Assembly (NCBI GenBank): GCA_964570875.1
Contig: CAZMZE010000003.1
Coordinates: 11,975-75,974 of the forward strand
Length of the DNA stretch: 64,000 nt
Reading direction: 5' to 3'
Source of the DNA: an uncultured Dehalococcoidia bacterium
GTDB taxonomy: Bacteria; Chloroflexota; Dehalococcoidia; Lucifugimonadales; CATQGZ01
In this document: positions 9,226-19,499 of the stretch, one piece after another
Position numbering within the stretch: the stretch's first letter is position 1
Layout: each line of letters opens with the position of its first letter
The notes under the pieces: generated by a model
What the model saw: only the letters and a program-made list of their open reading frames with translations
Database searches by the model: none
What the model was told of the DNA's origin: nothing
Position numbers and translations under genes: made by a program

Positions 9226-10686
9226 ATGGTTGATCAGAAAATTATTTCCAGAGAAACGGGAATTGAAGACACTCAATATAAATGGGGATTCGAATTCGAC
9301 ATCGAGTCGGACATAGCACCGAAAGGCCTCAGCGAAGAGGTTGTCAGGCTAATATCCAGGAAAAAACATGAACCCGAATGGATGCTCGATTGGAGATTAA
9401 AAGCCTACCGGCACTGGCTAAAACTAGAAACTGCTGAGCCGAAGTGGGCTAATGTGGAATTTTCTGAGATAGATTACCAAGACATCATCTACTATGCTGC
9501 TCCGAAATCTCAGTCTGATGGACCTAAGAATTTAGACGATGTAGATCCAGAAATCCTAGAGAGTTTTGACAAGCTAGGTATTCCGCTAGAAGAGCAGAAA
9601 AAATTAACTGGAGTTGCGGTGGACGCAGTTTTAGACAGTGTGTCTGTAGCAACGACATATCAAGATATGCTAAAAGAAGCCGGGGTGATATTTTGCTCTA
9701 TGAGCGAGGCTGTAAAAAATCACCCGGACCTAGTACAAAAATACATAGGATCAGTAGTTCCATACAGTGATAATTTTTATGCTACCCTCAACTCTGCCGT
9801 TTTCAGTGATGGCTCGTTCTGCTATGTACCTCCAGGAGTCCGATGTCCTATAGAACTTATGACTTATTTCAGAATAAACGAAGTCGATACTGGTCAATTT
9901 GAGCGAACACTAATTGTTGCAGACAAAGGTAGCTACGTCAGTTATTTGGAAGGCTGTACTGCTCCAATGCGTAAAACCCACCAACTTCACGCAGCAGTAG
10001 TTGAACTAGTAGCCCTAGAAGACGCCGAGATAAAGTACTCAACGCTGCAAAATTGGTACCCCGGAGACAAGGATGGTCAGGGAGGAGTCTACAACTTCGT
10101 GACCAAACGGGGTAATGCGAAAGGTAAGAGATCAAAGATATCTTGGACCCAAGTTGAAACTGGATCTGCAATAACATGGAAATATCCTAGTGTAATCCTT
10201 CAGGGCGATGAATCTGTTGGTGAATTTCATTCAGTGGCACTAGTGAACAATGCGCAGCAAGCAGACACAGGCACAAAAATGACTCATATCGGGAAAAATA
10301 CCAAAAGCACAATCATCGCCAAGGGTATCTCCGCAGGAAAGGCCAATAATACCTATCGTGGTCAAGTCAAAATCATGCCCAATGCCAGTGGATCCAGAAA
10401 TTTTACTCAATGCGATTCTTTATTAATAGGGAACGACTGTGGAGCTCACACAATACCCTACATAGAAGTCCGCAATCCAACGGCGCAACTCGAACATGAA
10501 GCAACAACCTCCAAGGTAAGTGACGATCAACTATTCTACCTCCAGCAAAGAGGCCTATCTCTTGAAGAAGCCAATTACATGATAATTAACGGTTTCTGCA
10601 AGGGAATATTTAAGGAATTGCCTTTCGAATTCGCGGCTGAAGCCTCTCAACTGATGAGAGTTAATCTGGAAGGGACAGTCGGATAA
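9226..10686 (+). CDS. sufB: Fe-S cluster assembly scaffold SufB
   Basis: 486 aa and strongly conserved throughout (for example [52 protein letters not shown]). Confidence 0.97.
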   Translation: MVDQKIISRETGIEDTQYKWGFEFDIESDIAPKGLSEEVVRLISRKKHEPEWMLDWRLKAYRHWLKLETAEPKWANVEFSEIDYQDIIYYAAPKSQSDGPKNLDDVDPEILESFDKLGIPLEEQKKLTGVAVDAVLDSVSVATTYQDMLKEAGVIFCSMSEAVKNHPDLVQKYIGSVVPYSDNFYATLNSAVFSDGSFCYVPPGVRCPIELMTYFRINEVDTGQFERTLIVADKGSYVSYLEGCTAPMRKTHQLHAAVVELVALEDAEIKYSTLQNWYPGDKDGQGGVYNFVTKRGNAKGKRSKISWTQVETGSAITWKYPSVILQGDESVGEFHSVALVNNAQQADTGTKMTHIGKNTKSTIIAKGISAGKANNTYRGQVKIMPNASGSRNFTQCDSLLIGNDCGAHTIPYIEVRNPTAQLEHEATTSKVSDDQLFYLQQRGLSLEEANYMIINGFCKGIFKELPFEFAAEASQLMRVNLEGTVG

Positions 10687-10773
10687 CAAAATCCTCTATT
10701 AATTTCCAGTAATTTCGGACATCCATGATCGAACTTGGTTGCTCTAGAAAAATATGAACTTCTATGGTGGAAA

Positions 10774-11550
10774 ATGAACAACAAGGATGATTCTATTAGT
10801 AAAGTATTGCAAGTAAATGACTTACACGTGAGTGTGGAAGATGTAAATATCCTCAATGGAATCAATCTAACGGTCAACCGAGGGGAAATCCACGCAATCA
10901 TGGGGCCAAACGGTTCGGGCAAAAGTACACTGGCTAATGTTCTGGCTGGCCGTCCAGAATTCAATGTTACAAGCGGACAAATAAATTATCAGGGTAAAAA
11001 CCTACTTGAAATGCCACCCGAAGAACGAGCACGTGAAGGGGTATTCCTTGCTTTTCAATATCCAGTAGAACTGGCTGGAGTGCGTACATGGCAATTCCTT
11101 AAATCCTCTGTGGATGCTATTAGAAGGCATAAAGGACTTAAAGATTTTAGTATCAGAGAATTTGATAAATTGCTTAACTCGAAAAGAGACCTCGTGAAAA
11201 TAGATCCAGATATGATAAAGAGATCAGTAAATGAGGGTTATTCTGGCGGGGAAAAAAAACGCAATGAAGTTCTACAGTTGACTCTTTTGGATCCAACTCT
11301 GGCCATTCTTGATGAAACAGACTCTGGGCTGGATATAGATGCTTTGAAAATAGTCGCAGAGGGGGTTAATGCTTTTCACTCTGATTCTAAAGCTGTAATT
11401 CTTGTCACTCACTACCAAAGAATCCTTGACTACGTAAGTCCTGACTTCGTGCATGTGCTGATGGGAGGAAGAATTGTTCGCTCAGGAAACAGAGACTTAG
11501 CCTTAGAACTTGAGGCAAAAGGTTATGACTGGGTTAAAGGTAGCGACTAA
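10774..11550 (+). CDS. sufC: Fe-S cluster assembly ATPase SufC
   Basis: Walker A GPNGSGKST, signature YSGGEKKR, Walker B ILDETDSGLD. The ATG at 10774 gives the usual short N-terminus; the track start at 10735 is an upstream TTG. Confidence 0.95.
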   Translation: MNNKDDSISKVLQVNDLHVSVEDVNILNGINLTVNRGEIHAIMGPNGSGKSTLANVLAGRPEFNVTSGQINYQGKNLLEMPPEERAREGVFLAFQYPVELAGVRTWQFLKSSVDAIRRHKGLKDFSIREFDKLLNSKRDLVKIDPDMIKRSVNEGYSGGEKKRNEVLQLTLLDPTLAILDETDSGLDIDALKIVAEGVNAFHSDSKAVILVTHYQRILDYVSPDFVHVLMGGRIVRSGNRDLALELEAKGYDWVKGSD

Positions 11551-11622
11551 TCTCAAAATATAAGTCAAGTAAATCAGACACCATCGATTAAACTAACAAA
11601 ATCAAATAGGAATTAGTGGAAA

Positions 11623-12963
11623 TTGAACCAGTCTCTCACAAATATCGAGAAACACCTGCCTGTTCCCAGGAACAGTCGCACTGCAAATAGTGATGCTGAC
11701 TGGCTTTGTAAGTTGAAAACTGAGGGAGCGAACAATTTTTCACGTCTTGGATTTCCGACAGCACGAAAAGGGAACGAAAGATGGAAATATACAGACGTTG
11801 CACCTATAGCAAAATCAGATTTTGAATTCGGCAATGATGTGAAAGAACCCGCGGATATATCGCTGGATACCGTAACTCAGTCAGTGCCAACCGGACTAAA
11901 TTGGCATCAACTGGTGTTAGTGGATGGTGTATTCTCAGAAACCCTCTCGAGCCAGGCGCTGACCAATCCTGAAATTGAAATATCTAGTCTTTCAACAGTC
12001 TTGAACTCCAATGACAAGACTGTGCAAGAATATTTAGCCAAATCCATTAGTCCTGATTCCGACGGTTTCGTGGCCTTGAACACCGCTTGTATCGACGAAG
12101 GTGTTTTCCTACATCTGGCACCAAATGCAAAAATAGATCATCCAATTCATATTATATTTGTTTCCACCGGTCTTAACAAAATAACTATTTCCAATCCAAG
12201 AATTTTACTGATAGCAGAATCTGGTAGTAAAGCGACAATTATAGAAACTTATATTGCTCTCTCTGATCACAAATACTTCACAAATTGTGTGTCTGAAATG
12301 GTGCTACAAGAAAATTCAACCATCGACCACTACCGGCTACAAAACGAGTCTGAATCAGCATTCCATATTACTAATGCAAAGGTAACTCAGTCATCTGGCA
12401 GTACCTACACTTCTAGCTCATTTTCCCGGGGATCGGCATTGGGTAGATATGACCTTTCTGTTTTTCTAAATGGTTCGGATAGTTACTGCAACCTGAACGG
12501 TCTTTATGTAACAGCCAATTCACAACACCAAGATAACAACATCAATATCGAGCATGCTCAACCTAACACCACAAGTCGTCTAGCATACAAAGGTATCTTA
12601 GATGGCCGTTCGAAAGCCGTATTTGGAGGCACCGTATTGGTTCAACAAAATGCTCAAAAAACTGATGCTCTTCAGTCCGATAAAAATTTAGTACTATCCC
12701 CAAATGCAGAAGTAGATAGCAAACCCGCATTATTTATATATGCAGACGACGTGAAATGCGGGCACGGCGCAACAGCCGGAAACATTGACGAAGAGACCAT
12801 TTTCTACATGAGAAGCAGGGGTTTAGACATTGAAACTGCAAGCAAAATGTTGATATATGGATTTGCAAAAGAGGTGATTGACACAGTCCACAACAATGAA
12901 CTAAAACTATATTTGGAATCTATCTTTTTAAATTCACTACCTAGCTATAGATTTGAGTTTTAA
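11623..12963 (+). CDS. sufD: Fe-S cluster assembly protein SufD
   Basis: 446 aa. The C-terminal beta-helix region is shared with SufB (VDSKPALFIYADDVKCGHGATAGNIDEETIFYMRSRG). TTG start. Position follows sufC. Confidence 0.9.
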   Translation: MNQSLTNIEKHLPVPRNSRTANSDADWLCKLKTEGANNFSRLGFPTARKGNERWKYTDVAPIAKSDFEFGNDVKEPADISLDTVTQSVPTGLNWHQLVLVDGVFSETLSSQALTNPEIEISSLSTVLNSNDKTVQEYLAKSISPDSDGFVALNTACIDEGVFLHLAPNAKIDHPIHIIFVSTGLNKITISNPRILLIAESGSKATIIETYIALSDHKYFTNCVSEMVLQENSTIDHYRLQNESESAFHITNAKVTQSSGSTYTSSSFSRGSALGRYDLSVFLNGSDSYCNLNGLYVTANSQHQDNNINIEHAQPNTTSRLAYKGILDGRSKAVFGGTVLVQQNAQKTDALQSDKNLVLSPNAEVDSKPALFIYADDVKCGHGATAGNIDEETIFYMRSRGLDIETASKMLIYGFAKEVIDTVHNNELKLYLESIFLNSLPSYRFEF

Positions 12964-12965
12964 TC

Positions 12966-13418
12966 ATGAGCGAACTAGACGATATATATCAAGAAATAGT
13001 ATTGGAACATAGCCGGAAACCTCGCAATTTCAGAAAGATTGACGAGGCCGACCAAGTTCAGGAAGGATACAATCCTCTTTGCGGGGACCAGTACACCATT
13101 TACATATCTATGGACGGAGATACTGTTTCAGACATTTCTTTCCAGGGAACCGGTTGCGCTATTTCCAAAGCGTCCGCATCTATGATGACAGAAGAAGTGA
13201 TTGGAAAGACCAAAAACCAAGCAACCCGAATATTTGAGGCTTTCCGATCTATGATCACCAAAGACAATGAAAATGTGAAGGAAGACCTTGGAGATATCGA
13301 AGTTTTACAGGGTGTGTCAGAATATCCGACACGCATAAAGTGCGCAACATTGTCATGGCATGCTATGCACGCAGCGGTGGAAGATCAAGAAGGCGATATT
13401 TCAACCGAAAAGGTCTAG
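12966..13418 (+). CDS. sufU: SufU/IscU-like sulfur-transfer protein, copy 1
   Basis: 150 aa with the three SufU cysteines in NPLCGD, GTGCAISKASASMMTE and RIKCATLSW. Confidence 0.9.
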   Translation: MSELDDIYQEIVLEHSRKPRNFRKIDEADQVQEGYNPLCGDQYTIYISMDGDTVSDISFQGTGCAISKASASMMTEEVIGKTKNQATRIFEAFRSMITKDNENVKEDLGDIEVLQGVSEYPTRIKCATLSWHAMHAAVEDQEGDISTEKV

Positions 13419-13436
13419 TGAAAAAGGATACATCCA

Positions 13437-13892
13437 ATGCATGTTCCTATAAAAGTAGACTATGGAGTACGGGCTCTGGTAGATCTCGCTCTTTACGGAC
13501 AAAATGGACCGGTTAGAGCGTCCGATATAGCACGTAGAACTATGATTCCGGTTCCCTTTTTGGCACAGGTTTTGCATAATCTAGGCAAGAAAAACCTGGT
13601 GAAAAGTCAACGTGGACCCCATGGTGGGCATATACTTGCTAGTGACCCTCATAAAGTCAGCTTGAATTCCGTGATGGAAGCCCTAGTAGGAGTTGAGACT
13701 TCAATAAAATGCTTGGATGACATCTCATGCTGTACACAAGTTTCATCGTGTTCTCAGAGGGAAATATGGAGGGAAGTTGATACGGCTGTGCTCCAGATTC
13801 TGCGGCGTACAACCGTTGGCCAACTTGTGGAACGAACACGCACAATGCAAACACAGCAATTAAATTTGGTTTCAAACAAAAATCCTGGATGA
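13437..13892 (+). CDS. Rrf2-family transcriptional regulator with a candidate Fe-S ligand cysteine cluster
   Basis: 151 aa. N-terminal winged helix (DYGVRALVDLAL...IPVPFLAQVLHNLGKKNLVKSQRGPHGG), then KCLDDISCCTQVSSC, spaced like the IscR-type cluster ligands. Confidence 0.9.
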   Translation: MHVPIKVDYGVRALVDLALYGQNGPVRASDIARRTMIPVPFLAQVLHNLGKKNLVKSQRGPHGGHILASDPHKVSLNSVMEALVGVETSIKCLDDISCCTQVSSCSQREIWREVDTAVLQILRRTTVGQLVERTRTMQTQQLNLVSNKNPG

Positions 13893-13938
13893 AAATCATG
13901 TGTCCGTTCCCTATTCACAGATTGAGGTGGCATTGATT

Positions 13939-14244
13939 ATGGCATTTATGGTAATTGGAGATTCGGAAGATATTACGGAAGGCACTACAAAAGTGTTTAA
14001 TGTTGATGAACGAAACATAGCTGTATGTAAAGTCGACGGGCAACTATATGCTATTGATGACATATGCTCGCATGATCTTGCTCCATTAAACCAAGGCTAT
14101 CTAGATGGATTTGAGATCGAGTGCCCGAGGCATGGAGCTAGATTTGACGTTAGAACAGGTGATGTAACAGAACTTCCAGCTAGGCTTCCAATTGACTGTT
14201 TCAAAGTGCGAGTCGTAGATGGCCAAATTGAGGTTGATATTTGA
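13939..14244 (+). CDS. Rieske [2Fe-2S] ferredoxin-like protein
   Basis: CSHDLAPL...CPRHGARFDVRTG is the Rieske CxH...CxxH pattern. The ATG at 13939 lies 8 nt after GAGGTGG; the track start at 13900 is an upstream GTG. Confidence 0.85.
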   Translation: MAFMVIGDSEDITEGTTKVFNVDERNIAVCKVDGQLYAIDDICSHDLAPLNQGYLDGFEIECPRHGARFDVRTGDVTELPARLPIDCFKVRVVDGQIEVDI

Positions 14245-14290
14245 TAACGAAGTATTCTATTGAATCCCCCCCCTAAGAGGAATAAATTGT

Positions 14291-15526
14291 ATGATCGACA
14301 TAACCAAAATCCGAAGTGACTTTCCGATACTGTCGAGGCTGGTAAACGGCGTACCATTGGTGTATCTAGATAATGCCGCAACATCACACAAGCCTGCGTC
14401 TGTAATCAAAAGCTTGGTTGACTACTATGAAAACTATAATTCGAACGTCCACAGAGGAGTCCATACTTTGAGTATGGAAGCAACAGATTCCGTAGAAAAT
14501 GCCAGAAGCAAGATAGCACGATTTATAAATGCAAGAGAACCAGAATCCATAATATGGACTAGGAACACTACCGAATCAATTAACATAGTCGCCAGAAGCT
14601 GGGCATCCCAACATTTAGGGCCCGGTGACGAGATTGTTACAACTCGAATGGAACATCATAGCAACTTGGTTCCATGGCAGCAGGTAGCAAGAGAGACTGG
14701 AGCTACGATACGATTCTTGGAAATGACAGATGATGGTTCTTTGGATTTGTCTAAAGTTGACTCCGTGATTAGTACAAAAACAAAATTACTAACATTGGTA
14801 CACATGTCAAATTCGCTTGGGACAATTAATCCAGTCAAGGAGCTCTGTGCGAAAGCCCGATCTGTTGGCGCTACCGTACTCATTGACGGAGCACAGAGCG
14901 TGCCTCACATGCCCGTGGACGTTCAAGATCTCGACTGCGACTTCTTAGCTTTCTCAGGACACAAAATGCTTGGTCCAACAGGGATTGGGGTATTATATGC
15001 CAAACAAAATCTACAGGCTCAAATGGAACCATTTCTCACAGGAGGGGAGATGGTTCTCCAAGTGTCATACGAAAAAGCAACATGGAATGACCTTCCTATG
15101 CGATTCGAAGCAGGAACTCCGAATATAGCAGACGCCATTGGCTTGGGGGCAGCTGTTGACTACCTTGAAAACATTGGAATGGACCATGTACGTAGCCATG
15201 AAATGGACATAACTCGTTACGCACTGAATTCATTTAATGAAATTGAGGAATTGGAAGTATTCGGACCACTCGATCATAAAGTTAGAGGGGGAGTAATCTC
15301 TTTCCATTCATCAGACGTACATGCTCACGACTTTGGTACGGTGTTGGATCAACGTGGTATAGCAATACGCACAGGCCATCACTGTACCATGCCCCTCATG
15401 CATACCCTTGATGTGGCGGCTACAGCAAGAGCGAGTTTCTATATATACAATACCGAAGAAGAAGTGGACTTATTGGTAAATGCGGTCAAAGAAGCGCTGA
15501 GGTATTTTGTGGATGGCTACAAATGA
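14291..15526 (+). CDS. sufS: cysteine desulfurase SufS (class II)
   Basis: 411 aa with the PLP-lysine motif FSGHKMLGPTGIG and the active-site loop RTGHHCTMPL. Confidence 0.95.
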   Translation: MIDITKIRSDFPILSRLVNGVPLVYLDNAATSHKPASVIKSLVDYYENYNSNVHRGVHTLSMEATDSVENARSKIARFINAREPESIIWTRNTTESINIVARSWASQHLGPGDEIVTTRMEHHSNLVPWQQVARETGATIRFLEMTDDGSLDLSKVDSVISTKTKLLTLVHMSNSLGTINPVKELCAKARSVGATVLIDGAQSVPHMPVDVQDLDCDFLAFSGHKMLGPTGIGVLYAKQNLQAQMEPFLTGGEMVLQVSYEKATWNDLPMRFEAGTPNIADAIGLGAAVDYLENIGMDHVRSHEMDITRYALNSFNEIEELEVFGPLDHKVRGGVISFHSSDVHAHDFGTVLDQRGIAIRTGHHCTMPLMHTLDVAATARASFYIYNTEEEVDLLVNAVKEALRYFVDGYK

Positions 15527-15992
15527 TTTAAATGATCTCTACCATAAATTAATTTTAGAACACTCCAATAGGCCCAGAAATCTCAACAAAATCGATAACC
15601 CAACTCTGGATTCACAGGGAGTTAACCCTTTCTGTGGAGACGAAGTACATATCCAGATTGACCTTGATTTTTCAGAATCTATCAAACGTATTGGAGTGCA
15701 GACTGTGGGCTGCGCCATAAACAGGGCATCCGCATCAATACTTTCAGAACTAGTGAAAAACAAATCCCTAACCAAAGCCTTAACACATTCTCTTGAATTG
15801 CGAAAATCAATAAATACTGACCAGCTTTCTTCAAACCCGTTGATTAAAGCATTGAGCGGAGTGAAAACCATCCCAATACGAGCTAAGTGTGTGCTGTTGT
15901 CTTGGTCAATCCTGGACGAACTAATACAAACCCATCAAGTTCAAATCCTCCATGGTCATAAAAATAATGGCCACGAGAGGGACATTCATTAA
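15513..15992 (+). CDS. SufU/IscU-like protein, copy 2, with a His-rich C-terminal tail
   Basis: Keeps the same three cysteines (NPFCGDE, VGCAINRASASILSE, RAKCVLLSW) and ends in HQVQILHGHKNNGHERDIH. Overlaps the sufS 3' end by 14 nt. Confidence 0.8.
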   Translation: MATNDLNDLYHKLILEHSNRPRNLNKIDNPTLDSQGVNPFCGDEVHIQIDLDFSESIKRIGVQTVGCAINRASASILSELVKNKSLTKALTHSLELRKSINTDQLSSNPLIKALSGVKTIPIRAKCVLLSWSILDELIQTHQVQILHGHKNNGHERDIH

Positions 15993-16209
15993 TCACCGAT
16001 CTTGATCGTCATTTTCCAGTACAGTTAAACCGATTTTCCTTATAGGATATCCACAGGACATGGTTGAGATTACTTTAACTTATAGAATGGCCGTTATTAA
16101 GTGGTAAGATTAGAAACATCAGGATCTTTAGTCACATCCACGGTAACTCAAATCGTTAAAGATCTACAATAAACTCTCAAAAATCCGGAGGATATCTTAA
16201 GGTTGGATT

Positions 16210-18198
16210 ATGGTCTGCCATAATTGCCACAGAGAAAATAATAATTCATCCAGTTTTTGTATATTTTGTGGAACGTTGTTGATGCAAGACGAGGACCAAT
16301 TCCCAGAAGGCAACGACCAAACAAATTTGGATACAAATAAACTTCTTAATGAACTGAAAAAAGACGTTCGTGTACTTAAACAGCAAGTACATAATCTCCA
16401 ATTATATATATCTAAAGGGGAAACAAAACAGCCAAGCGACTTCCAAGGCGAGGCTACACGAAAACCTAATTACGCTTATTTTGAAAATAACCAACGAACC
16501 ACTCCCATCTGGGGAAATTTTGACTGGGAATCGATAATTGGTGGCAATTGGTTAGCCAGAGTAGGGGTCCTGGCCGTAGTAATTGGGATGGGATTTTTTC
16601 TTAAATTAGTATTCGATCAGAACTGGGTCACACAAGAGGGTCGTATTATATTAGGAATCGTGACCGGTCTGGCATTCTTGGGAATTAGCGAATATTGGAA
16701 AAAATCGTATCCCTCTTACACTCAAGCGATTGCCGGCGGAGGAACTGGAATCCTATACGTCTCAATTTTCTCCTCTTTTGCTTTTTACGACTTGATAGGT
16801 TTCTACTCAGCGTTAGCACTTCTACTGCTCGTGAGTTGCACCTCCACCATATCTGCATTTTTCAGAGAATCCCGCTCCTTGGCCATCATAGGTATAGTTG
16901 GAGCCTTCTCAGCTCCTTTACTGCTAGAAAATTTTGGTCAGAATGTAGAATCTGCAAGTTTATATCATAACCTTGAAATAATAGTGTATATCGTAGTTTT
17001 AGACCTCGGAGTTATTGCATTATCAACAGTGCGTAATTGGTATTGGTTCAAATTAATTGCATTGACCGGGTCTATCTTGATATTTGGAATATGGCATGGA
17101 GAAAACGAAGATTTACTCAACCCCATAGTAGCTCAAGTAAGCCTAACCATCATATTTTTGATATTCGTTACTGGCACCACTGTGTTTCACTTAATCTGGA
17201 AAAAGATTCCAAAGACAAGTGACATGACCCTCTTAGTTTTCAACGCCACTGCATATTTCGCAATGAGTTACCTAATTCTGCAGGAAGATTATTCGATGTG
17301 GATTGGCACGTTAGCATTGGCGTTAGCAATATTTTATGGTGGACTTGCGTACTTGGCGCTGAAAACTAACGAACAATCCAATTTTTCTCTAATGTTACTC
17401 GGCACAGCAATTATATTCCTAGTAACCGCTGTTCCAGTACAAATGGGTGGCTCTTGGGTTGCAGTTACGTGGTCAATACAAGGTGTTATATTTATGTGGG
17501 CATCGTACAAGCTCAGCATATGGCAATTAAGAGTTTCAGCAATAATATTACTGTGCATATCTGTAATACGGTTGATATTTTTTGAAACAGCTATTTCTAG
17601 TCTAGAAAACTTCAGAATTATCTTAAACCTCCGTGTCCTTGCATTCGTTATAGGAATTATTTCTTTGTATTTGGCATCTTTCCTCTCCATCAGAAATGTC
17701 TCAGAATCAACCAAATCTTCAACAACTAATCCTGTAGATTTGTCAAATGAATTTTTTGTATCCAGACTAGCTTCTTCAGCATCAATTTTGTTGAAAGGTT
17801 TTTCTAATTCCATTTATTTAGTACATCTATTTCTGATAACGGCAAATCTACTTACCATATGGATATTGAGCGCCGAAATAATAACAACTGTTGATAGCGA
17901 TATTGTTAAGTTGGACTCGCAAAGTGAAAAACACATCACAAGTTTGTCCCTCAGTGTATTATGGGCAATTTACGCTGGATGCCTGCTGGCTCTTGGGATG
18001 TTAAAAAACTGGCAAATGGTCAGGCTGGGCGGGTTGGTACTTTTAGTTGTACCTATAGTTAAGCTATTTCTTGTGGACACTTTTGAATTGGACCAAGGAT
18101 ATCGTGTAGTCGCCTATATGTCTTTGGGGCTAATTATGTTGGTGGGGGGATTTTTCTATCAAAAACACCGGTCAGCCATCAAGGAATTCCTTTTTTGA
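16210..18198 (+). CDS. polytopic membrane protein with N-terminal zinc ribbon and coiled-coil segment (DUF2339-like, function unknown)
   Basis: 662 aa. C3-x2-C6-x10-C17-x2-C20 (MVCHNCHRENNNSSSFCIFCG), a heptad-like LLNELKKDVRVLKQQVHNLQLYISK, then hydrophobic helices to the C-terminus. The family name is recalled from memory, not searched. Confidence 0.75.
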   Translation: MVCHNCHRENNNSSSFCIFCGTLLMQDEDQFPEGNDQTNLDTNKLLNELKKDVRVLKQQVHNLQLYISKGETKQPSDFQGEATRKPNYAYFENNQRTTPIWGNFDWESIIGGNWLARVGVLAVVIGMGFFLKLVFDQNWVTQEGRIILGIVTGLAFLGISEYWKKSYPSYTQAIAGGGTGILYVSIFSSFAFYDLIGFYSALALLLLVSCTSTISAFFRESRSLAIIGIVGAFSAPLLLENFGQNVESASLYHNLEIIVYIVVLDLGVIALSTVRNWYWFKLIALTGSILIFGIWHGENEDLLNPIVAQVSLTIIFLIFVTGTTVFHLIWKKIPKTSDMTLLVFNATAYFAMSYLILQEDYSMWIGTLALALAIFYGGLAYLALKTNEQSNFSLMLLGTAIIFLVTAVPVQMGGSWVAVTWSIQGVIFMWASYKLSIWQLRVSAIILLCISVIRLIFFETAISSLENFRIILNLRVLAFVIGIISLYLASFLSIRNVSESTKSSTTNPVDLSNEFFVSRLASSASILLKGFSNSIYLVHLFLITANLLTIWILSAEIITTVDSDIVKLDSQSEKHITSLSLSVLWAIYAGCLLALGMLKNWQMVRLGGLVLLVVPIVKLFLVDTFELDQGYRVVAYMSLGLIMLVGGFFYQKHRSAIKEFLF

Positions 18199-19499
18199 CT
18201 CTCTTCTTTAAATTGCCTATCAAGTATTTTATTTTCGGGACAGCCGGATCACTATTGCTAGCCAGCCAGACAATTTTTGCATATTTTTCATTGGACGAAT
18301 GGGAATATTACAAAGAAATATTTGTACCTGAAACCTTTAATTCCTCCAATCTGATATCAATCCATCCTGATGTTGATATTTTTTCAAATAGCTCAGAGAA
18401 ATTGAAGGATGTCCGGATAATAGACAACAATGGGCTTGAAATACCATACATTCTAAATGTAGGTGTTGGAGAATATCAGGAAAGACTTCTTCACGCGGAT
18501 TTTGAACACAATAGAGACGTGGGTGGTAAATACACTTCTTTAACGGCCGACTTAGGAAGTCAAGAGAGCTTACATAATCGGATTGAAATTGATACTCCAA
18601 TACTAGATTTTAATCGGTTAAGTGTAGTTGAAACGAGTAATGACCATAAGAACTGGAGTAGAGTTTCTGAACAAAAACTGTACAGTATCCAATTTGATGA
18701 TTTGGGTCACGCTGATCACCAGAATGGCATTGATTACCCACCTACAACATCTCGTTACGTCAGGGTTCGAGTATCTGACGAGGATGATGGACCTCTGCAA
18801 ATTACAGGAGGACAAGTACTATTTGTAACAAGTACTTCTCCGCAGAAAAAATCCAATGACATTTTTAAATTTTTGTCCAGTCAAAATGATAACGGCAAAA
18901 CAACGGCTGTAGAAATCGATATTGGTTCCAACGGATTACCCTCACACCAAGTAGTTCTTGAAGTCTCTGATAACAATTTTTCTAGAAAAGTAAAAGTTCA
19001 AGTAAGTGAAGACTCCGAGTCTTGGACTACTATACAAGACGCCTCGATAATCTACTCCATCAGCGTGCCCAATTTTACCGCCCACCGTTTGGGGATTTCG
19101 TACAAAGTGCAAACATCACGATATATTAGATTAATTATTGATAATCGCGATAACCTAGCATTAAACATAAAAGGGGCTGACGTGTTGAGCTATGAAAGAA
19201 AATTTCTTTTCAGCGCAAACCCCGAAAACAATTACAGGATATATTACGGGAACCAGTTAACCGATGCACCTTCTTATGATATTAAACATCTCCGGCATTA
19301 TTTAAATCTTGGTGAGTTACCTATTGTTAGTATTGGACCAGAGTTTAACAATCCACATTTTGACAGAAAATCACTGGATACCCATAATTGGCTTACCCCT
19401 GTAGTAATCAGTGTAACTACAGTATCTTTGGGATTATTACTGCTAAATATGTTTCGGAAGGCCAGTTCTCGATTGAAGCCTCCAAGTGACAATAATTAA
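18195..19499 (+). CDS. exported, C-terminally anchored protein with two internal beta-sandwich-like repeats (DUF3999-like, function unknown)
   Basis: 434 aa. The TTG start overlaps the upstream TGA (TTGA). Signal-like FIFGTAGSLLLASQTIFA. Duplicated segment ...TSRYVRVRVSDEDDGPLQITGGQVLF / ...TSRYIRLIIDNRDNLALNIKGADVLS. A single C-terminal TM helix WLTPVVISVTTVSLGLLLLNMF. Confidence 0.65.
   Translation: MTLFFKLPIKYFIFGTAGSLLLASQTIFAYFSLDEWEYYKEIFVPETFNSSNLISIHPDVDIFSNSSEKLKDVRIIDNNGLEIPYILNVGVGEYQERLLHADFEHNRDVGGKYTSLTADLGSQESLHNRIEIDTPILDFNRLSVVETSNDHKNWSRVSEQKLYSIQFDDLGHADHQNGIDYPPTTSRYVRVRVSDEDDGPLQITGGQVLFVTSTSPQKKSNDIFKFLSSQNDNGKTTAVEIDIGSNGLPSHQVVLEVSDNNFSRKVKVQVSEDSESWTTIQDASIIYSISVPNFTAHRLGISYKVQTSRYIRLIIDNRDNLALNIKGADVLSYERKFLFSANPENNYRIYYGNQLTDAPSYDIKHLRHYLNLGELPIVSIGPEFNNPHFDRKSLDTHNWLTPVVISVTTVSLGLLLLNMFRKASSRLKPPSDNN

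Noticed and set aside
17334-17813. 159-aa minus-strand ORF inside the DUF2339-like gene, plus the small plus-strand frames at 16695-17222
   Set aside because: The long plus-strand frame gives a continuous series of TM helices. The alternatives are shadow ORFs in AT-rich membrane-protein coding sequence.
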